From Candidatus Latescibacterota bacterium (lineage in GTDB: Bacteria; Latescibacterota; UBA2968; UBA8231), in assembly GCA_965203355.1 (NCBI GenBank), contig OZ241889.1, positions 2,336,001-2,400,000 of the forward strand: 64,000 nucleotides of DNA. Direction: 5' to 3'. The translations under genes and the position numbers were made by a program. The notes under the pieces were generated by a model. It did no database searches. It saw only the letters and a list, made by a program, of their open reading frames with translations, and was not told the origin of the DNA. The number at the start of each line of letters is the position of its first letter. The first letter of the stretch is position 1. Shown in pieces: positions 32,804-44,549 of the stretch.

Positions 32804-33274
32804 ATGTCGCGGCGTAAAAAAGCAATCAAGCGCAAGCTACTGCCGGATCCGAAATTCCACAATGTATTGGCAGCGAGGTTCGTAAATTCACTGATGAAAC
32901 AAGGCAAGAAGAGCGTGGCCGAGCGCATATTCTACGACTCGATTGACCTGGCTGCCGAACGCAGTGGCCGAGACGGGATTGATGTCTTCCAGAAGGCACT
33001 GGAAAATGCCAAGCCTATCGTCATGGTTAAATCGCGTCGAGTCGGTGGTCAAACGTATCAGGTGCCGGTCGAAATGCGGCCAGACGAGCGCACGGCGCGT
33101 TCGATTCGCTGGTTGATTCGCTTTGCCCGCGAGCGCTCAGAGCGCACTATGGCCGAACGGTTGGCCAACGAGTTTATCGCTGCATCAAGGGGGGAAGGTG
33201 GGGCTGTGCGAATGAAGGAAGATGTCCACCGCATGGCCGAGGCGAATAAGGCCTTCGCTCATTACAGATTTTAG
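32804..33274 (+). CDS. rpsG: 30S ribosomal protein S7
   Basis: [24 protein letters not shown]. Confidence 0.99.
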   Translation: MSRRKKAIKRKLLPDPKFHNVLAARFVNSLMKQGKKSVAERIFYDSIDLAAERSGRDGIDVFQKALENAKPIVMVKSRRVGGQTYQVPVEMRPDERTARSIRWLIRFARERSERTMAERLANEFIAASRGEGGAVRMKEDVHRMAEANKAFAHYRF

Positions 33275-33290
33275 GGAGTTCCCAAGCCAA

Positions 33291-35369
33291 ATGGCACGAA
33301 AGTTCGCACAAAAAGACACGCGCAATATCGGAATTGCGGCTCATATCGACGCTGGCAAGACCACTACGACCGAGCGAATCCTCTACTATACTGGCCGAGT
33401 TCACCGCATGGGAGAGGTCCATGACGGTACAGCGACGATGGATTGGATGGAGCAAGAGCGCGAGCGCGGAATTACCATAACCTCTGCTGCTACTGCTTGC
33501 CAATGGAAAGATCACCGCATCAACATTATCGATACGCCCGGCCATGTGGATTTCACTGCCGAGGTCGAGCGTTCACTGCGCGTACTCGACGGTGCCATAG
33601 GCGTTTTCTGCGCGGTCGGCGGCGTTGAGCCACAATCCGAGACCGTCTGGCGTCAAGCCGACAAATACCGCGTTCCACGCATTGCTTTTGTCAACAAAAT
33701 GGATCGCAACGGAGCTGATTTCTTTCAAGTACTCAGCATGCTCCAAGAGCGATTGAACAGCAATTTTGTGCCGGTCCAGTTGCCCATCGGCGTTGGTGAG
33801 ACGTTCAACGGCTTGATAGACTTGGTCGAGATGAAGGCCATTACTTACGAAGAGGCCAGTCAAGGCGTCAAGTTTTTCGAGGATGAGATCCCCGCGGACT
33901 TGCTGGAGGAGGCCTTGCAATACCGCGAAAAGCTGTTAGAGGCGGTGGCTGAATTCGACGATGGGCTCCTCGAAAAATTTCTCGAAGGGGAGGAAATTCA
34001 CCCCGACGAAATCCGAGCCGCGCTGCGCCAAGCCACCATCTCGCTGAAGGCCGTGCCCGTAACGTGCGGCAGTGCGTATAAGTATAAAGGCGTCCAGCGC
34101 TTGCTTGACGCGGTGCTACACTATCTGCCGTCTCCTGCCGACATCGGCGAAGTCAAGGGTATGCTGCCCCATTCCAGCGCGGAAGCGGTGCGTCCGGCCC
34201 TCGACGATGCGCCTTTTTCCGGGTTGGCCTTTAAGGTTATGACGGATCCCTTTGTCGGGCGTCTCACCTTTGTTCGCGTCTATTCGGGCATACTAAGCTC
34301 GGGCACTTATCTCTACAATGTGACGACTGAGCGTCGCGAGCGCACCGCGCGCTTGCTGGAGATGCATGCCAATGACCGCACCGAGTTATCTCGAGCCTAT
34401 GCCGGTGACATAGTCGCGGTGGTCGGCCTCAAAAACACGACTACTGGCGATACGCTTTGCGATGAGCAACATCCCATTGTCTTGGAAAAGATCGAATTCG
34501 CCGAGCCGGTGGTCCACGTGGCAATTGAGCCAAAGACGCGGGCGGACCAGGAGCAGTTATACATTGCCTTGTCCAAGCTCAGCGAGGAAGATCCAACCTT
34601 TCAGATCAAGCTCGACGACGAGACGGGCCAGACGATCATGTCGGGCATGGGCGAATTGCATTTAGAGATCCTTATTGACCGCCTCTTCCGCGAATTCAAG
34701 GTCGAAGCCAATGTCGGCAAGCCCCAAGTGGCCTACAAAGAAGGGCTGCGCAAGGCTGTCGAGAGTACAGGTAGGTTCGTGCGACAGACCGGAGGCCGTG
34801 GCCAGTATGGACACGTCGAGTTGGAAATTGAGCCGGGTGAGCCGGGCAGCGGGCTGGTATTTGAGTCGAAAATTGTTGGCGGCAACATTCCCAAGGAATA
34901 CATCAATCCAGTGCGCGAGGGTATCATTGAAGCGATGAGCACTGGCCCTGTTGCCGGTTACCCAATCGAAGATGTTAAAGTCGCGCTGGTAGATGGGTCG
35001 CATCACGAGGTTGACTCATCGGAAGTCGCCTTTAAGGTCGCCGGGTCCATGGCTTTCAAAGACGGTGCCGCGAAGGCATCTCCCTATCTCATGGAGCCGA
35101 TTATGGAGTTGGAGGTCGTCGTCCCCGAGCAATATCTGGGCGACGTTATGGGCGATCTCAATTCGCACCGCGGCGAGATACAGGGCATCAATCCCCGTTC
35201 TGATGCCCAAGTCGTCAAGGCTTTCGTGCCGCTGAGCGAGACTTTTGGCTACGCCACGCGCCTGCGTTCGCTGACCCAAGGCCGGGCGCTTTTTACTATG
35301 CAGTTTTCCAAATACCAAGCCGTCCCAAGCAACATCACCGAACAGATTATCGACAGCCCTCGAGGTTAA
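33291..35369 (+). CDS. fusA: Elongation factor G
   Basis: [33 protein letters not shown]. Confidence 0.99.
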   Translation: MARKFAQKDTRNIGIAAHIDAGKTTTTERILYYTGRVHRMGEVHDGTATMDWMEQERERGITITSAATACQWKDHRINIIDTPGHVDFTAEVERSLRVLDGAIGVFCAVGGVEPQSETVWRQADKYRVPRIAFVNKMDRNGADFFQVLSMLQERLNSNFVPVQLPIGVGETFNGLIDLVEMKAITYEEASQGVKFFEDEIPADLLEEALQYREKLLEAVAEFDDGLLEKFLEGEEIHPDEIRAALRQATISLKAVPVTCGSAYKYKGVQRLLDAVLHYLPSPADIGEVKGMLPHSSAEAVRPALDDAPFSGLAFKVMTDPFVGRLTFVRVYSGILSSGTYLYNVTTERRERTARLLEMHANDRTELSRAYAGDIVAVVGLKNTTTGDTLCDEQHPIVLEKIEFAEPVVHVAIEPKTRADQEQLYIALSKLSEEDPTFQIKLDDETGQTIMSGMGELHLEILIDRLFREFKVEANVGKPQVAYKEGLRKAVESTGRFVRQTGGRGQYGHVELEIEPGEPGSGLVFESKIVGGNIPKEYINPVREGIIEAMSTGPVAGYPIEDVKVALVDGSHHEVDSSEVAFKVAGSMAFKDGAAKASPYLMEPIMELEVVVPEQYLGDVMGDLNSHRGEIQGINPRSDAQVVKAFVPLSETFGYATRLRSLTQGRALFTMQFSKYQAVPSNITEQIIDSPRG

Positions 35370-35403
35370 GCGGTAACCGCTAGAACAGGAGAAGATTCAA
35401 GAA

Positions 35404-36594
35404 ATGGCTAAGGAACAATTTCAGCGCAACAAACCGCATGTCAATATCGGCACTATTGGCCACGTTGATCACGGCAAGACCACCTTGACAGCGGCTATCA
35501 CCTTGCACTTGGCCAACAAGGGTTTGGCCCAAGCTAAGAGCGTTGATGATATCGACAATGCGCCAGAAGAAAAGGCGCGCGGGGTGACGATCAATGTCTC
35601 GCACCAAGAGTACGAGACCGACAAGCGCCACTATGCGCACGTTGATTGTCCAGGCCATGCCGACTACATCAAGAACATGATTACTGGGGCCGCCCAAATG
35701 GACGGTTCGATTTTGGTCGTCAGTGCCGCTGATGGGCCGATGATCCAGACCCGTGAGCACATCCTATTGGCCCGCCAAGTCAACGTGCCCAGCATTGTCG
35801 TCTATCTCAACAAAGTCGATCAAGTAGATGACGAAGAACTTTTGGACTTGGTCGAGCTAGAAACGCGGGAACTGCTCTCAGAATATGGCTTTGATGGCGA
35901 CGATACTCCGATGATTCGCGGTTCGGCCCTTGAGGCACTTGAAGGGGTGGACACGCCGACCGGCACCCAGTCGATCGACGAATTGATGAGTGCCATTGAC
36001 GAGTTCATTCCCGACCCGGTGCGCGATATTGATCAGCCCTTTCTGATGCCGGTCGAAGACGTATTTACGATCCAAGGACGAGGCACGGTTGGTACGGGGC
36101 GCATTGAGCGGGGTCGGGTCAAGGTTGGGGAAGAGGTGGATATCGTCGGCATTAAGGAGACTCGCAAGACCACGGTCACTGGCGTCGAGATGTTTCGCAA
36201 GTTACTCAACGAGGGCGAGGCCGGAGACAATGTCGGCTTGCTGCTGCGCGGCGTCGAGAAGGCTGAGTTAATGCGCGGGATGGTCATCTGCAAGCCCGCT
36301 TCTGTTCAGCCGCACACCAAGTTTAAGGCCGAGGTCGTAGTGTTGACCCCCAAGGAGGGTGGCCGCGAAAAGCCCTTTTTCTCCGGTTACCGCCCCCAGT
36401 TTTTCTTTCGCACTACCGACGTCACCGGGAGTATTGCGCTGCCCGAGGGCACCGAAATGGTCATGCCTGGCGACAACGTCAACATGGAAGTGGAGCTAAT
36501 CCAGCCGATCGCCATTGAGCCGCAGCTGCGTTTCGCCATTCGCGAGGGGGGTCGCACCATCGGCTCCGGCGTCGTCACCGATGTTTCCAATTAG
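35404..36594 (+). CDS. tuf: Elongation factor Tu
   Basis: [31 protein letters not shown]. Confidence 0.99.
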   Translation: MAKEQFQRNKPHVNIGTIGHVDHGKTTLTAAITLHLANKGLAQAKSVDDIDNAPEEKARGVTINVSHQEYETDKRHYAHVDCPGHADYIKNMITGAAQMDGSILVVSAADGPMIQTREHILLARQVNVPSIVVYLNKVDQVDDEELLDLVELETRELLSEYGFDGDDTPMIRGSALEALEGVDTPTGTQSIDELMSAIDEFIPDPVRDIDQPFLMPVEDVFTIQGRGTVGTGRIERGRVKVGEEVDIVGIKETRKTTVTGVEMFRKLLNEGEAGDNVGLLLRGVEKAELMRGMVICKPASVQPHTKFKAEVVVLTPKEGGREKPFFSGYRPQFFFRTTDVTGSIALPEGTEMVMPGDNVNMEVELIQPIAIEPQLRFAIREGGRTIGSGVVTDVSN

Positions 36595-36623
36595 GAAAAG
36601 CCGTATTAGGGAGATGCGCGCCC

Positions 36624-36932
36624 GTGGCAGTTGATAGAATACGCATTCGTCTCAAAGCCTACGACCACATGGCGTTGGACAAGTCCGTGGACGAAATCGT
36701 CCAGACGGTCAAGCGCAGCGGAGCCCGTATCGCCGGCCCGGTGCCACTGCCGACGGCTCGCACAGTGTACACCGTGCTGAGATCTCCACACGTGGACAAG
36801 AAATCGCGCGAACAGTTCGAGACGCGCATTCACAAGCGGCTCATCGACATTTACGATTCAACGCCGCAGACTGTGGACGCACTGATGAAGCTCGACCTGC
36901 CGGCGGGCATCGGCATCGACATAAAGGTTTGA
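36624..36932 (+). CDS. rpsJ: 30S ribosomal protein S10
   Basis: [31 protein letters not shown]. Confidence 0.99.
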   Translation: MAVDRIRIRLKAYDHMALDKSVDEIVQTVKRSGARIAGPVPLPTARTVYTVLRSPHVDKKSREQFETRIHKRLIDIYDSTPQTVDALMKLDLPAGIGIDIKV

Positions 36933-36939
36933 TCGGACC

Positions 36940-37578
36940 ATGGACATGCAGATAGAAGTGCTAAACAGCGAGGGGCTAGCAAACGACTCAGTGGAATTGC
37001 CAGAGGATTTATTCGGCATTGAGGTTTCGGAGTACGCCCTCTACCGAGCGGTCATCGCCACCAAAGCGAACCAGCGGCAGGGGACGGCCTCGGTTAAGAC
37101 CCGCTCTGAAATAGCCCGCACGAGCAAGAAGCACCACCGTCAGAAAGGCACGGGTCAGGCGCGTCGAGGTTCACTGCGCTCGCCTTTAGTACGCGGTGGT
37201 GGTGTGGCCTTTGGTCCTCGTCCCCGTTCTTATACTTCTAAGCTGCCCAAGTCTCTCAAGCGTCTGGCGTTCCACTCGGCACTTACGCTCAAACGCACAG
37301 GTGGACAGATCAAAATCGTCACCGAATTCGACTTTCCCGCTCCCAGTACCCGTTCTTTTCAAAAGATTATTGAAGCGTGCGGCCTCAAAGATCAGAAAGT
37401 TCTGTTCATCACTATGAAAAGTTCACCAGTATTGATCAAATCGAGCCGCAATCTGCCCAAGGTAAAAATGGCACATCTAGGGTCGCTATCTACGCATGAC
37501 TTGCTGGCAGCGGACGTGGTTTTATTTACGCGCCAAGCCTTTGACCGGCTCGTAGAAAACCGGGGCCAAAGGGGCTGA
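36940..37578 (+). CDS. rplD: 50S ribosomal protein L4
   Basis: RQGTASVKTRSE, RQKGTG, GGGVAFGPRPR, RNLP. Confidence 0.97.
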   Translation: MDMQIEVLNSEGLANDSVELPEDLFGIEVSEYALYRAVIATKANQRQGTASVKTRSEIARTSKKHHRQKGTGQARRGSLRSPLVRGGGVAFGPRPRSYTSKLPKSLKRLAFHSALTLKRTGGQIKIVTEFDFPAPSTRSFQKIIEACGLKDQKVLFITMKSSPVLIKSSRNLPKVKMAHLGSLSTHDLLAADVVLFTRQAFDRLVENRGQRG

Positions 37579-37582
37579 GAAA

Positions 37583-37867
37583 ATGAACCCGCGAGCGATT
37601 ATTCAGAAGCCGGTGATTACCGAGAAAGCCTCCATGTTGCGTGCGAGCAACAAATACGCCTTTCGCGTCCACCCCAAGGCCAGCAAATTCCAGATCCGCC
37701 AAGCAATAGAATCCATTTTTGCAGTTAAGGTCGAATCTGTCCGCACCATTAAAGTCCCCAGCAAGCCCAAGCGGCAAGGGATGTACTTGGGGCGGCGTAC
37801 TGGCTGGAAAAAGGCTTACGTGACTCTTAAGGCTGGCGACTCCATTGAATTCGCCGAAGATATCTAG
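37583..37867 (+). CDS. rplW: 50S ribosomal protein L23
   Basis: PVITEK, WKKAYVTL. Confidence 0.97.
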   Translation: MNPRAIIQKPVITEKASMLRASNKYAFRVHPKASKFQIRQAIESIFAVKVESVRTIKVPSKPKRQGMYLGRRTGWKKAYVTLKAGDSIEFAEDI

Positions 37868-37882
37868 CTAATTGGTCCCGAG

Positions 37883-38716
37883 ATGGCAGTCAAGAAATTT
37901 CGCCCCACAACCCCGACGCTGCGTTACAAGACGGTCAACTCCTTTGCGGAGCTGACGCGCAGCAAGCCCGAGAAGTCGTTACTTGCTGCTGCCGTCGGCA
38001 AATCGGGTGGACGTAACAATCAGGGTCGCCTGACCATGCGTCGGCGTGGAGGGGGGCATAAGCGGCGCTATCGCGTTATCGACTTCAAGCGCACCAAACT
38101 TGGTGTGCCGGGTCGGGTCGCCGAGATCGAATACGATCCCAACCGCTCGGCGTTTATCGCTCTGATCGTATATGCCGATGGAGATAAGCGCTATATTCTA
38201 GCGCCTTTGGGTCTGAAGGTTGGGGCCGAGATCGCCGCTGGTCCCGATGCGCCAATCCGGGTTGGCAATGCCCTGCCGTTGGCCAACATTCCCTTGGGAG
38301 CAACGGTTCACAATGTCGAGCTCAATCCCGGTCGTGGCGGACAACTGGCGCGGAGTGCGGGTGCTGAAGTGCAGCTTCTCGGTCGCGATGGCGGGCGGGC
38401 GCAACTGCGTCTGCCTTCTGGAGAAAATCGCGAAGTACCCGTCCAGTGCATGGCTACCTTGGGGCAGGTAGGCAATATAGAGTACGCCAATATTGTCATT
38501 GGCAAAGCTGGTCGCTCCCGTTGGTTGGGGCGCAGACCCAAGGTGCGGGGCGTAGTGATGAATCCTGTTGACCATCCGCATGGGGGGGGAGAAGGCCGAT
38601 CTTCAGGTGGACGGCACCCGGTCACTCCTTGGGGCAAGCCCACCAAGGGCTACAAGACGCGCAAGCGCAAGAACCAAAGCAATCAGTGGATTATACGTCG
38701 GCGCAACGCGAAGTAG
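37883..38716 (+). CDS. rplB: 50S ribosomal protein L2
   Basis: [21 protein letters not shown]. Confidence 0.99.
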   Translation: MAVKKFRPTTPTLRYKTVNSFAELTRSKPEKSLLAAAVGKSGGRNNQGRLTMRRRGGGHKRRYRVIDFKRTKLGVPGRVAEIEYDPNRSAFIALIVYADGDKRYILAPLGLKVGAEIAAGPDAPIRVGNALPLANIPLGATVHNVELNPGRGGQLARSAGAEVQLLGRDGGRAQLRLPSGENREVPVQCMATLGQVGNIEYANIVIGKAGRSRWLGRRPKVRGVVMNPVDHPHGGGEGRSSGGRHPVTPWGKPTKGYKTRKRKNQSNQWIIRRRNAK

Positions 38717-38731
38717 AAGTAGCGAGAGATT

Positions 38732-39019
38732 ATGCCAAGATCGATTAAAAAAGGCCCTTTTATTGACGGGCATTTAGCCGAAAAGGTCGAGTACCTTAAT
38801 CGCACGGGCGATAAGCAGGTCGTGCGGACTTGGTCGCGGCGCTCAACCATTACGCCCGACTTCGTCGGCCATACGCTAGCCGTTTACAACGGCAATAAGT
38901 TCATCCCAGTGTACATCACTGAGAACATGGTTGGGCACAAGCTCGGCGAGTTTGCTCCGACTCGCACTTTTCGCGGTCATGGAGGCCGGTTGACCGAGCG
39001 CGGTACGAGGTTGCAATAA
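38732..39019 (+). CDS. rpsS: 30S ribosomal protein S19
   Basis: [17 protein letters not shown]. Confidence 0.99.
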   Translation: MPRSIKKGPFIDGHLAEKVEYLNRTGDKQVVRTWSRRSTITPDFVGHTLAVYNGNKFIPVYITENMVGHKLGEFAPTRTFRGHGGRLTERGTRLQ

Positions 39020-39021
39020 GC

Positions 39022-39369
39022 ATGGAAGCCAAAGCTGTCCTCAAACAAATTGGCGTACCAACTACTAAAGTGCGTCAGCTTATCGACCTGATTCGCGGCA
39101 AGCCAGTTGATGAGGCGCTTACCATTCTTCGGTTTTCGCCTCGCCCGGTGGCCAAGCTGATCGAGAAGACCCTGCGTTCAGCCATATCGAATGGGATCAA
39201 TCAGGACGAGGAGAATCCGGTTGATGCCGATGATCTCTATGTAACGCACGTCTTCGCCGACGAAGGGCGCGATCTCAAGCGCATTCGTCCGAGGGCGCGC
39301 GGATCGGCCAATCGCATTCGCAAGCGCCACTGCAATCTAACGGTCGTCGTCAGCGACGAGGTCAATTAA
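39022..39369 (+). CDS. rplV: 50S ribosomal protein L22
   Basis: DLIRGK, RPRARG..IRKR. Confidence 0.97.
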   Translation: MEAKAVLKQIGVPTTKVRQLIDLIRGKPVDEALTILRFSPRPVAKLIEKTLRSAISNGINQDEENPVDADDLYVTHVFADEGRDLKRIRPRARGSANRIRKRHCNLTVVVSDEVN

Positions 39370-39379
39370 GGGGGATACC

Positions 39380-40036
39380 TTGGGCCAGAAAACACATCCA
39401 TACGGCTTCCGTCTGGGGGTCATCAAACCTTGGCGTTCAAATTGGTTCGCCGAAAAGGATTTTTCCGAGTTGCTCAAGGAAGACCTCGAATTGCGGCGCT
39501 ACGTGCGCCAGCGCCTACAGCGGGCTGGTGTATCGCAGATCAATATCGAACGCCAGCCCAAGCGAGTTACCGTTGAAGTGTATACAGCGCGTCCTGGTAT
39601 TGCCATTGGTCGTCGCGGGGCCGAAGTCGATAAAATTCGCGACGAGCTCAAACTGGTGACTAGCAAGGATGTTTCTCTCAATATCCAAGAGATCAAGAAG
39701 CCCGAACTAGATGCTCAGCTAGTGGCCGACAATCTGGCCCGCCAGCTAGAGCAACGCGTTTCCTTTCGCCGGGCCATGAAGAAATCTGTAGCCTCGTCGA
39801 TGCGCATGGGAGCCGAAGGTATCCGCATCGTCTGTTCCGGGCGCATCGGTGGTTCGGAGATGGGCCGGCGCGAGCGTTCTGAGCCAGCCGGTCGGGTCCC
39901 GTTGCACACGCTGCGTGCTGATATCGACTACGCCACAGCGACGGCTTATACCGTATCGGGGACTGTAGGCGTAAAAGTTTGGATTTGTCACGGCGAAGTT
40001 GTGGCCGAAGGAGAAGGGGCCGCTCAGGCGGTCTGA
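39380..40036 (+). CDS. rpsC: 30S ribosomal protein S3
   Basis: MGQKTHPYGFRLG, GRVPLHTLRADIDY. Confidence 0.99.
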   Translation: MGQKTHPYGFRLGVIKPWRSNWFAEKDFSELLKEDLELRRYVRQRLQRAGVSQINIERQPKRVTVEVYTARPGIAIGRRGAEVDKIRDELKLVTSKDVSLNIQEIKKPELDAQLVADNLARQLEQRVSFRRAMKKSVASSMRMGAEGIRIVCSGRIGGSEMGRRERSEPAGRVPLHTLRADIDYATATAYTVSGTVGVKVWICHGEVVAEGEGAAQAV

Positions 40037-40054
40037 TTACAGCGAGGCTCTCTT

Positions 40055-40465
40055 ATGTTGATGCCCAAGAAGTCCAAGTGGAGGAAACAGGCGCGAGGCC
40101 GTATGCGCGGCCAAACTAAAGGCGGGGACATGGTCTCCTTCGGCGAATACGGCCTTAAAGCGCTCGAGCCTTGTTGGATTACCAGCCGTCAGATCGAGGC
40201 CATGCGCGTGGCGATTAGTCGGGCGATGAGCCGTACGGGCAAGATGTGGATCCGCATTTTTCCCGACAAACCGATTACCAAGAAACCGGCCGAAACTCGC
40301 ATGGGCAAAGGCAAGGGATCGCCCGAAGGATGGGTTGCGGTGGTCAAGCCCGGGCGGGTGATGTTTGAGCTTTCCGGTGTGCCCGAAGACATGGCTCGCG
40401 AGGCCTTTCGCCGCGCGGGACACAAACTCCCCATCAAGACCAAGGTCGTCAAACGAGTTGCATGA
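40055..40465 (+). CDS. rplP: 50S ribosomal protein L16
   Basis: [24 protein letters not shown]. Confidence 0.99.
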   Translation: MLMPKKSKWRKQARGRMRGQTKGGDMVSFGEYGLKALEPCWITSRQIEAMRVAISRAMSRTGKMWIRIFPDKPITKKPAETRMGKGKGSPEGWVAVVKPGRVMFELSGVPEDMAREAFRRAGHKLPIKTKVVKRVA

Positions 40466-40469
40466 AGCT

Positions 40470-40700
40470 ATGAAGGTGAGCGAATTGCGCGAAATGAGTT
40501 CAGAAGAAGTGCAAAACAGGTTGGAAGAATTACACGAGGAATTCTTCAATCTGCGTTTTCAGCACGTAGCCGGTCAGTTGACTAGTCCCATTCGGTTGCG
40601 GCAAGTTCGGCGCGATATTGCCAAGGCTCACACCGTGCTTAAAGAACACGCACTCGGCATTCGCTCCTTGGCCGCTGGGAGGGAGGTAGCCGATGGCTGA
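40470..40700 (+). CDS. rpmC: 50S ribosomal protein L29
   Basis: MKVSELREMS, FNLRFQ, RRDIAK; start trimmed to ATG at 40470. Confidence 0.96.
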   Translation: MKVSELREMSSEEVQNRLEELHEEFFNLRFQHVAGQLTSPIRLRQVRRDIAKAHTVLKEHALGIRSLAAGREVADG

Positions 40701-40950
40701 ACGAAAAAAGGACCGACGGCAGGCCGAAGGCCGAGTGCTCAAGGCCAACAACGTCAAGACGCGGATCGTAGCGGTCGAACAGCGCATTCCGCATGCCCTG
40801 TATGGCCGGATCATCCGCCGCACCGCCAAGTTTGTCGCCCACGACGAGCGGGAAGAGTCGCAGGTTGGCGATTTCGTGCGCATTGAGGAATGCCGCCCGA
40901 TGAGCAAAACCAAGCGTTGGCGGCTCGTTGATGTATTAGAGCGGCAGTAG
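40693..40950 (+). CDS. rpsQ: 30S ribosomal protein S17
   Basis: AHDE, GDFVRIEECRPMSKTKRW. Confidence 0.98.
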   Translation: MAERKKDRRQAEGRVLKANNVKTRIVAVEQRIPHALYGRIIRRTAKFVAHDEREESQVGDFVRIEECRPMSKTKRWRLVDVLERQ

Positions 40951-40977
40951 ATTAAAACTTAGGCTTGTAGGAATAAA

Positions 40978-41346
40978 ATGATTCGGGAATACAGCGTAGT
41001 CAAAATGGCCGATAATGCCGGGGCCCGCACAGGCCGCTGCATTCGCGTGCTCGGGGGTTCTCGTAAGCGCTATGCCGGTATTGGCGACCTGATCGTAGTC
41101 GCTGTCCACGGCGTAGTACCGAACGGGCCTTTAGAAGAAGGGCAAGTGGTCAAGGCTGTAGTCGTGCGGACGAAGAAGGAATATCGCCGTCCCGATGGCT
41201 CTTATATTCGCTTTGACGACAACGCCGCTGTGTTGGTCAACGACGACAAGGAGCCAACAGGTACTCGCATATTCGGGCCTGTGGCCCGCGAATTGCGCGA
41301 GAGGCAGTACATGCGCATTGTATCGCTGGCACCCGAGGTAGTCTGA
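40978..41346 (+). CDS. rplN: 50S ribosomal protein L14
   Basis: [25 protein letters not shown]. Confidence 0.99.
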   Translation: MIREYSVVKMADNAGARTGRCIRVLGGSRKRYAGIGDLIVVAVHGVVPNGPLEEGQVVKAVVVRTKKEYRRPDGSYIRFDDNAAVLVNDDKEPTGTRIFGPVARELRERQYMRIVSLAPEVV

Positions 41347-41357
41347 GGAAGAGCGCA

Positions 41358-41675
41358 ATGGACATTCGCAAAGGCGATACAATACAGGTCATAAGCGGCA
41401 ACGACAAAGGACGGCGTTCGACGGTACTTAGTGTGTTTAAGGATCGGGGGCGAATCATTGTCGAAGGCGTGAATATGCGCAAACACCACACCCGTCCCAC
41501 CTCGCGCGATCCCCAAGGGGGTATCGTTGAACGCGAGGCCCCCATTCACGTTTCCAATGTCATGATCGTCTGCCCCAAAACCGACCTACCAACGCGCATC
41601 GGTCACAAGAAATTGGATAATGGCAAATGCGTGCGCGTCTCTATGCGCAGCGGCGAAATGATTGATCCAGAGTAA
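41358..41675 (+). CDS. rplX: 50S ribosomal protein L24
   Basis: KOW motif, EAPIHVSNV. Confidence 0.98.
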   Translation: MDIRKGDTIQVISGNDKGRRSTVLSVFKDRGRIIVEGVNMRKHHTRPTSRDPQGGIVEREAPIHVSNVMIVCPKTDLPTRIGHKKLDNGKCVRVSMRSGEMIDPE

Positions 41676-41678
41676 GCC

Positions 41679-42224
41679 ATGTACGAAGCCAGACTCAAAA
41701 AGCAATACCGAGAAGAGGTGTTGTCCCAACTCAAGACCCGTTTCTCATTTAAAAACGACATGCAGGTGCCGCGTCTGCAGAAGATCATCGTCAATATGGG
41801 GGTTGGTGAGGCCGTGCAGGAGCCCAAGGTGCTCGAAGGTGCGGTAGCCGAATTGACGGCGATCACCGGTCAAAAGCCTACCATCCGCCATGCCAAGAAG
41901 GCGATTTCAAACTTCAAGTTGCGCGTCGGTATGCCGGTCGGTTGCATGGTCACTTTGCGGGGGAGTCGCATGTACGATTTTCTCGACCGCTTGATCAGTT
42001 TCGCCTTGCCGCAAGTGCGGGATTTTCGCGGGATTTCTCCCAAAAGTTTCGACGGACGCGGCAATTACAATCTAGGCATCAAGGAACAGATCATATTTCC
42101 CGAAATCAACTACGATATGATCAACCAAGTCCGGGGCATGAATATCACCATCGTCACCTCGGCCAAAAGCGACGAGGAAAGCCGAGCGTTGCTTCAGTTG
42201 CTGGGCATGCCCTTCAGTCGATAG
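41679..42224 (+). CDS. rplE: 50S ribosomal protein L5
   Basis: [21 protein letters not shown]. Confidence 0.99.
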   Translation: MYEARLKKQYREEVLSQLKTRFSFKNDMQVPRLQKIIVNMGVGEAVQEPKVLEGAVAELTAITGQKPTIRHAKKAISNFKLRVGMPVGCMVTLRGSRMYDFLDRLISFALPQVRDFRGISPKSFDGRGNYNLGIKEQIIFPEINYDMINQVRGMNITIVTSAKSDEESRALLQLLGMPFSR

Positions 42225-42243
42225 AGTCGGAAAGAAACTGCTA

Positions 42244-42429
42244 ATGCCAAAAAAATGTTTGATAACTAAAGCGCAGCGCAAACCCAAGTTTTCCTCGCGA
42301 GCCTATACCCGTTGCCATCGCTGTGGGCGTCCGCGTGCAGTGTATCGCAAGTTCGGACTGTGCCGCATCTGTTTTCGCGAGTTGGCTCTCAAGGGCGAGA
42401 TTCCGGGCGTTAGCAAGGCGAGTTGGTAG
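42244..42429 (+). CDS. rpsN: 30S ribosomal protein S14 (61 aa Zn-binding type Z)
   Basis: RCHRCGR...LCRICFR, KASW. Confidence 0.98.
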   Translation: MPKKCLITKAQRKPKFSSRAYTRCHRCGRPRAVYRKFGLCRICFRELALKGEIPGVSKASW

Positions 42430-42447
42430 GAGGTTGGAGGAATTAAT

Positions 42448-42846
42448 ATGAGTATGACAGATCCCCTAGCGGATATGTTGACCCGCATTCGCAACGCCTG
42501 TAGCGCCAACCATTCGAGAGTTGACGTCCCCGCCTCCAAGCTGAAGCGCGAAGTGGCTCGCGTATTAGCCGAGTCCCGTTTTATCGACAACTTCGCTTTT
42601 ATCGAGGACGGTAAGCAGGGCATCTTGCGGCTCTATCTACGCTACGATCAGAATGAAAATAGCATCATTCGTGGGCTAAAGCGCGTCAGCAAGCCTGGGT
42701 TGCGTCAATATGCGAGTAAAACCGATGTCCCGCGTGTGCTCCGCGGCCTAGGCATCGCTATCGTCTCCACCTCTAAGGGAGTGATGACGGATAAACAAGC
42801 GAGGATGAACGGCGTAGGCGGCGAAATCCTCTGTAGCGTTTGGTAA
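42448..42846 (+). CDS. rpsH: 30S ribosomal protein S8
   Basis: [23 protein letters not shown]. Confidence 0.99.
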   Translation: MSMTDPLADMLTRIRNACSANHSRVDVPASKLKREVARVLAESRFIDNFAFIEDGKQGILRLYLRYDQNENSIIRGLKRVSKPGLRQYASKTDVPRVLRGLGIAIVSTSKGVMTDKQARMNGVGGEILCSVW

Positions 42847-42870
42847 ATGAAGCCACTGGGAGAATGTTAA

Positions 42871-43428
42871 TTGTCGCGCATAGGCAACAAATCCCTTCCC
42901 CTACCGCAGGGTGTTGAAGTCGCGTTGGCCCCTGCTAAGGTCTCTGTAAAAGGGCCAAAGGGCCAGTTACAAGTGCCGTTTGTCGCTGAGTACCTCGCTG
43001 TGGCTCAGCAAGACAGCGTGTTAATGGTGACGCGGAAAAGCGAAAGCAAACAGGCTCGCTCCCTACACGGATTGACCCGAACCTTGATCTCCAACGCGGT
43101 CGAAGGAGTCTCCGAGGGTTTTTTTAAGAACTTGGATCTATTCGGCGTGGGGTACCGGGCTGAGGTCCAAGGCAAGCAACTCGTGCTCCACATAGGTTAT
43201 TCGCATCCAGTGATCTACGAGTTGCCCGAGGATATCCAAGTCGAAGTGTCCCCAGGCACGGGTGGGGCACAAGCCCGTATTGTCGTTAGGGGCATTGACA
43301 AGCAGCTCGTGGGGCAGGTGGCCGCCGATATTCGCTTCAAGCGCCGCCCAGAGCCCTACAAGGGCAAGGGGATCCGCTATGAAAACGAGACCATTCACTG
43401 GAAACAGGGCAAGGCGGCCGTAGGCTAA
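42871..43428 (+). CDS. rplF: 50S ribosomal protein L6
   Basis: SRIG, GVGYRA, PEPYKGKGIRY. Confidence 0.99.
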   Translation: MSRIGNKSLPLPQGVEVALAPAKVSVKGPKGQLQVPFVAEYLAVAQQDSVLMVTRKSESKQARSLHGLTRTLISNAVEGVSEGFFKNLDLFGVGYRAEVQGKQLVLHIGYSHPVIYELPEDIQVEVSPGTGGAQARIVVRGIDKQLVGQVAADIRFKRRPEPYKGKGIRYENETIHWKQGKAAVG

Positions 43429-43802
43429 TGAAAGACAAAAAACACTTGGTTGAGAATCGCCAGCGACGGCAGCGACGGCGACACCGGCTGCGCAAAATTG
43501 TCTCCGGTACGCCCACGCGTCCGCGCCTGGTGGTGCATCGTTCCTTGCGCCATATTGAGGTCCAGCTAGTCGACGACGTGGCGGGTCATTCCCTTTTAGG
43601 GCTTTCCACTCGGTCGCAGGAACTGAAGGAGCGGCAGTTTGACAGTCGCGTGGCGCAAGGGCACGAGGTTGGCAAAATGGTCGCTGCTAAGGCACGCGAA
43701 AAAGGCATTGAACAGGTCGTCTTTGACCGCGGTGGATTTCTCTATCACGGGGTAGTCAAAGCCGTGGCCGATGGGGCGCGGGAAGCGGGCTTGAATTTCT
43801 AA
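43428..43802 (+). CDS. rplR: 50S ribosomal protein L18
   Basis: [20 protein letters not shown]. Confidence 0.98.
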   Translation: MKDKKHLVENRQRRQRRRHRLRKIVSGTPTRPRLVVHRSLRHIEVQLVDDVAGHSLLGLSTRSQELKERQFDSRVAQGHEVGKMVAAKAREKGIEQVVFDRGGFLYHGVVKAVADGAREAGLNF

Positions 43803-43813
43803 GGGAGAATGGT

Positions 43814-44347
43814 GTGGCGAAAACAGATACTAGCAAATCGAAATCCGACCCCAGCGGTGCAGAGCTGAACGAAGTTGTCGTCCAAAACAGCATCAAGCGA
43901 GTTTCGCATGTGCGCAAGGGCGGGCGGCGCTTCAGCTTTAGCGCGATGGTCGTAGTTGGCGACCGCAATGGCCGAGTGGGGTTTGGTGCTGGCAAAGCCG
44001 GCGAGATCGCCGAGGCCATCCGCAAAGGGGCCGAGGCGGCCAAAAAGAACGTTTTCGAGGTTCCGGTGACCGATGGGACCATACCGCATGAGGTCGTCGG
44101 AGCCTTCGGTGCAGCCAAAGTTCTTTTTAAGCCTGCTACTCCAGGAACCGGAATCATTGCCAGCGGTGGCACCCGCATCGTACTGGAGTTGGCTGGCGTC
44201 CACGATATTCTGACCAAATCTCTCGGCTCCAACAACGTGCAGAATTCAGTGAAGGCGACCGTCAAAGCACTGACACAACTGCGCAGTGCCGAGATGATAG
44301 CTCGGGAACGCGGGGTGCCAGTGGAATCGCTCCGCGCTTGGGATTGA
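43814..44347 (+). CDS. rpsE: 30S ribosomal protein S5
   Basis: [21 protein letters not shown]. Confidence 0.98.
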   Translation: MAKTDTSKSKSDPSGAELNEVVVQNSIKRVSHVRKGGRRFSFSAMVVVGDRNGRVGFGAGKAGEIAEAIRKGAEAAKKNVFEVPVTDGTIPHEVVGAFGAAKVLFKPATPGTGIIASGGTRIVLELAGVHDILTKSLGSNNVQNSVKATVKALTQLRSAEMIARERGVPVESLRAWD

Positions 44348-44353
44348 CAGCCA

Positions 44354-44536
44354 ATGAAACTGGTCATTACGCAGCGGCGCAGTGCCATCGGTCGCGCCAA
44401 AAGTCAAAAGGCAACGATCTCGGCCTTGGGAATCAAGCGTCTATATCAACAGGTCGTCCACGACGACACGCCGCAGATCCGGGGCATGATCGCCAAAGTC
44501 AAACATCTGGTTTCAGTTGAGGAAATAGCAAATTAA
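44354..44536 (+). CDS. rpmD: 50S ribosomal protein L30
   Basis: RSAIG, TPQIRGMIAKVKHLV. Confidence 0.97.
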   Translation: MKLVITQRRSAIGRAKSQKATISALGIKRLYQQVVHDDTPQIRGMIAKVKHLVSVEEIAN

Positions 44537-44549
44537 GCGAGAGTGTGCC

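Noticed and set aside
33292-33307. TGGCAC-N5-TTCGC resembling a sigma54 promoter
   Set aside because: It is imperfect and lies within the first codons of fusA.
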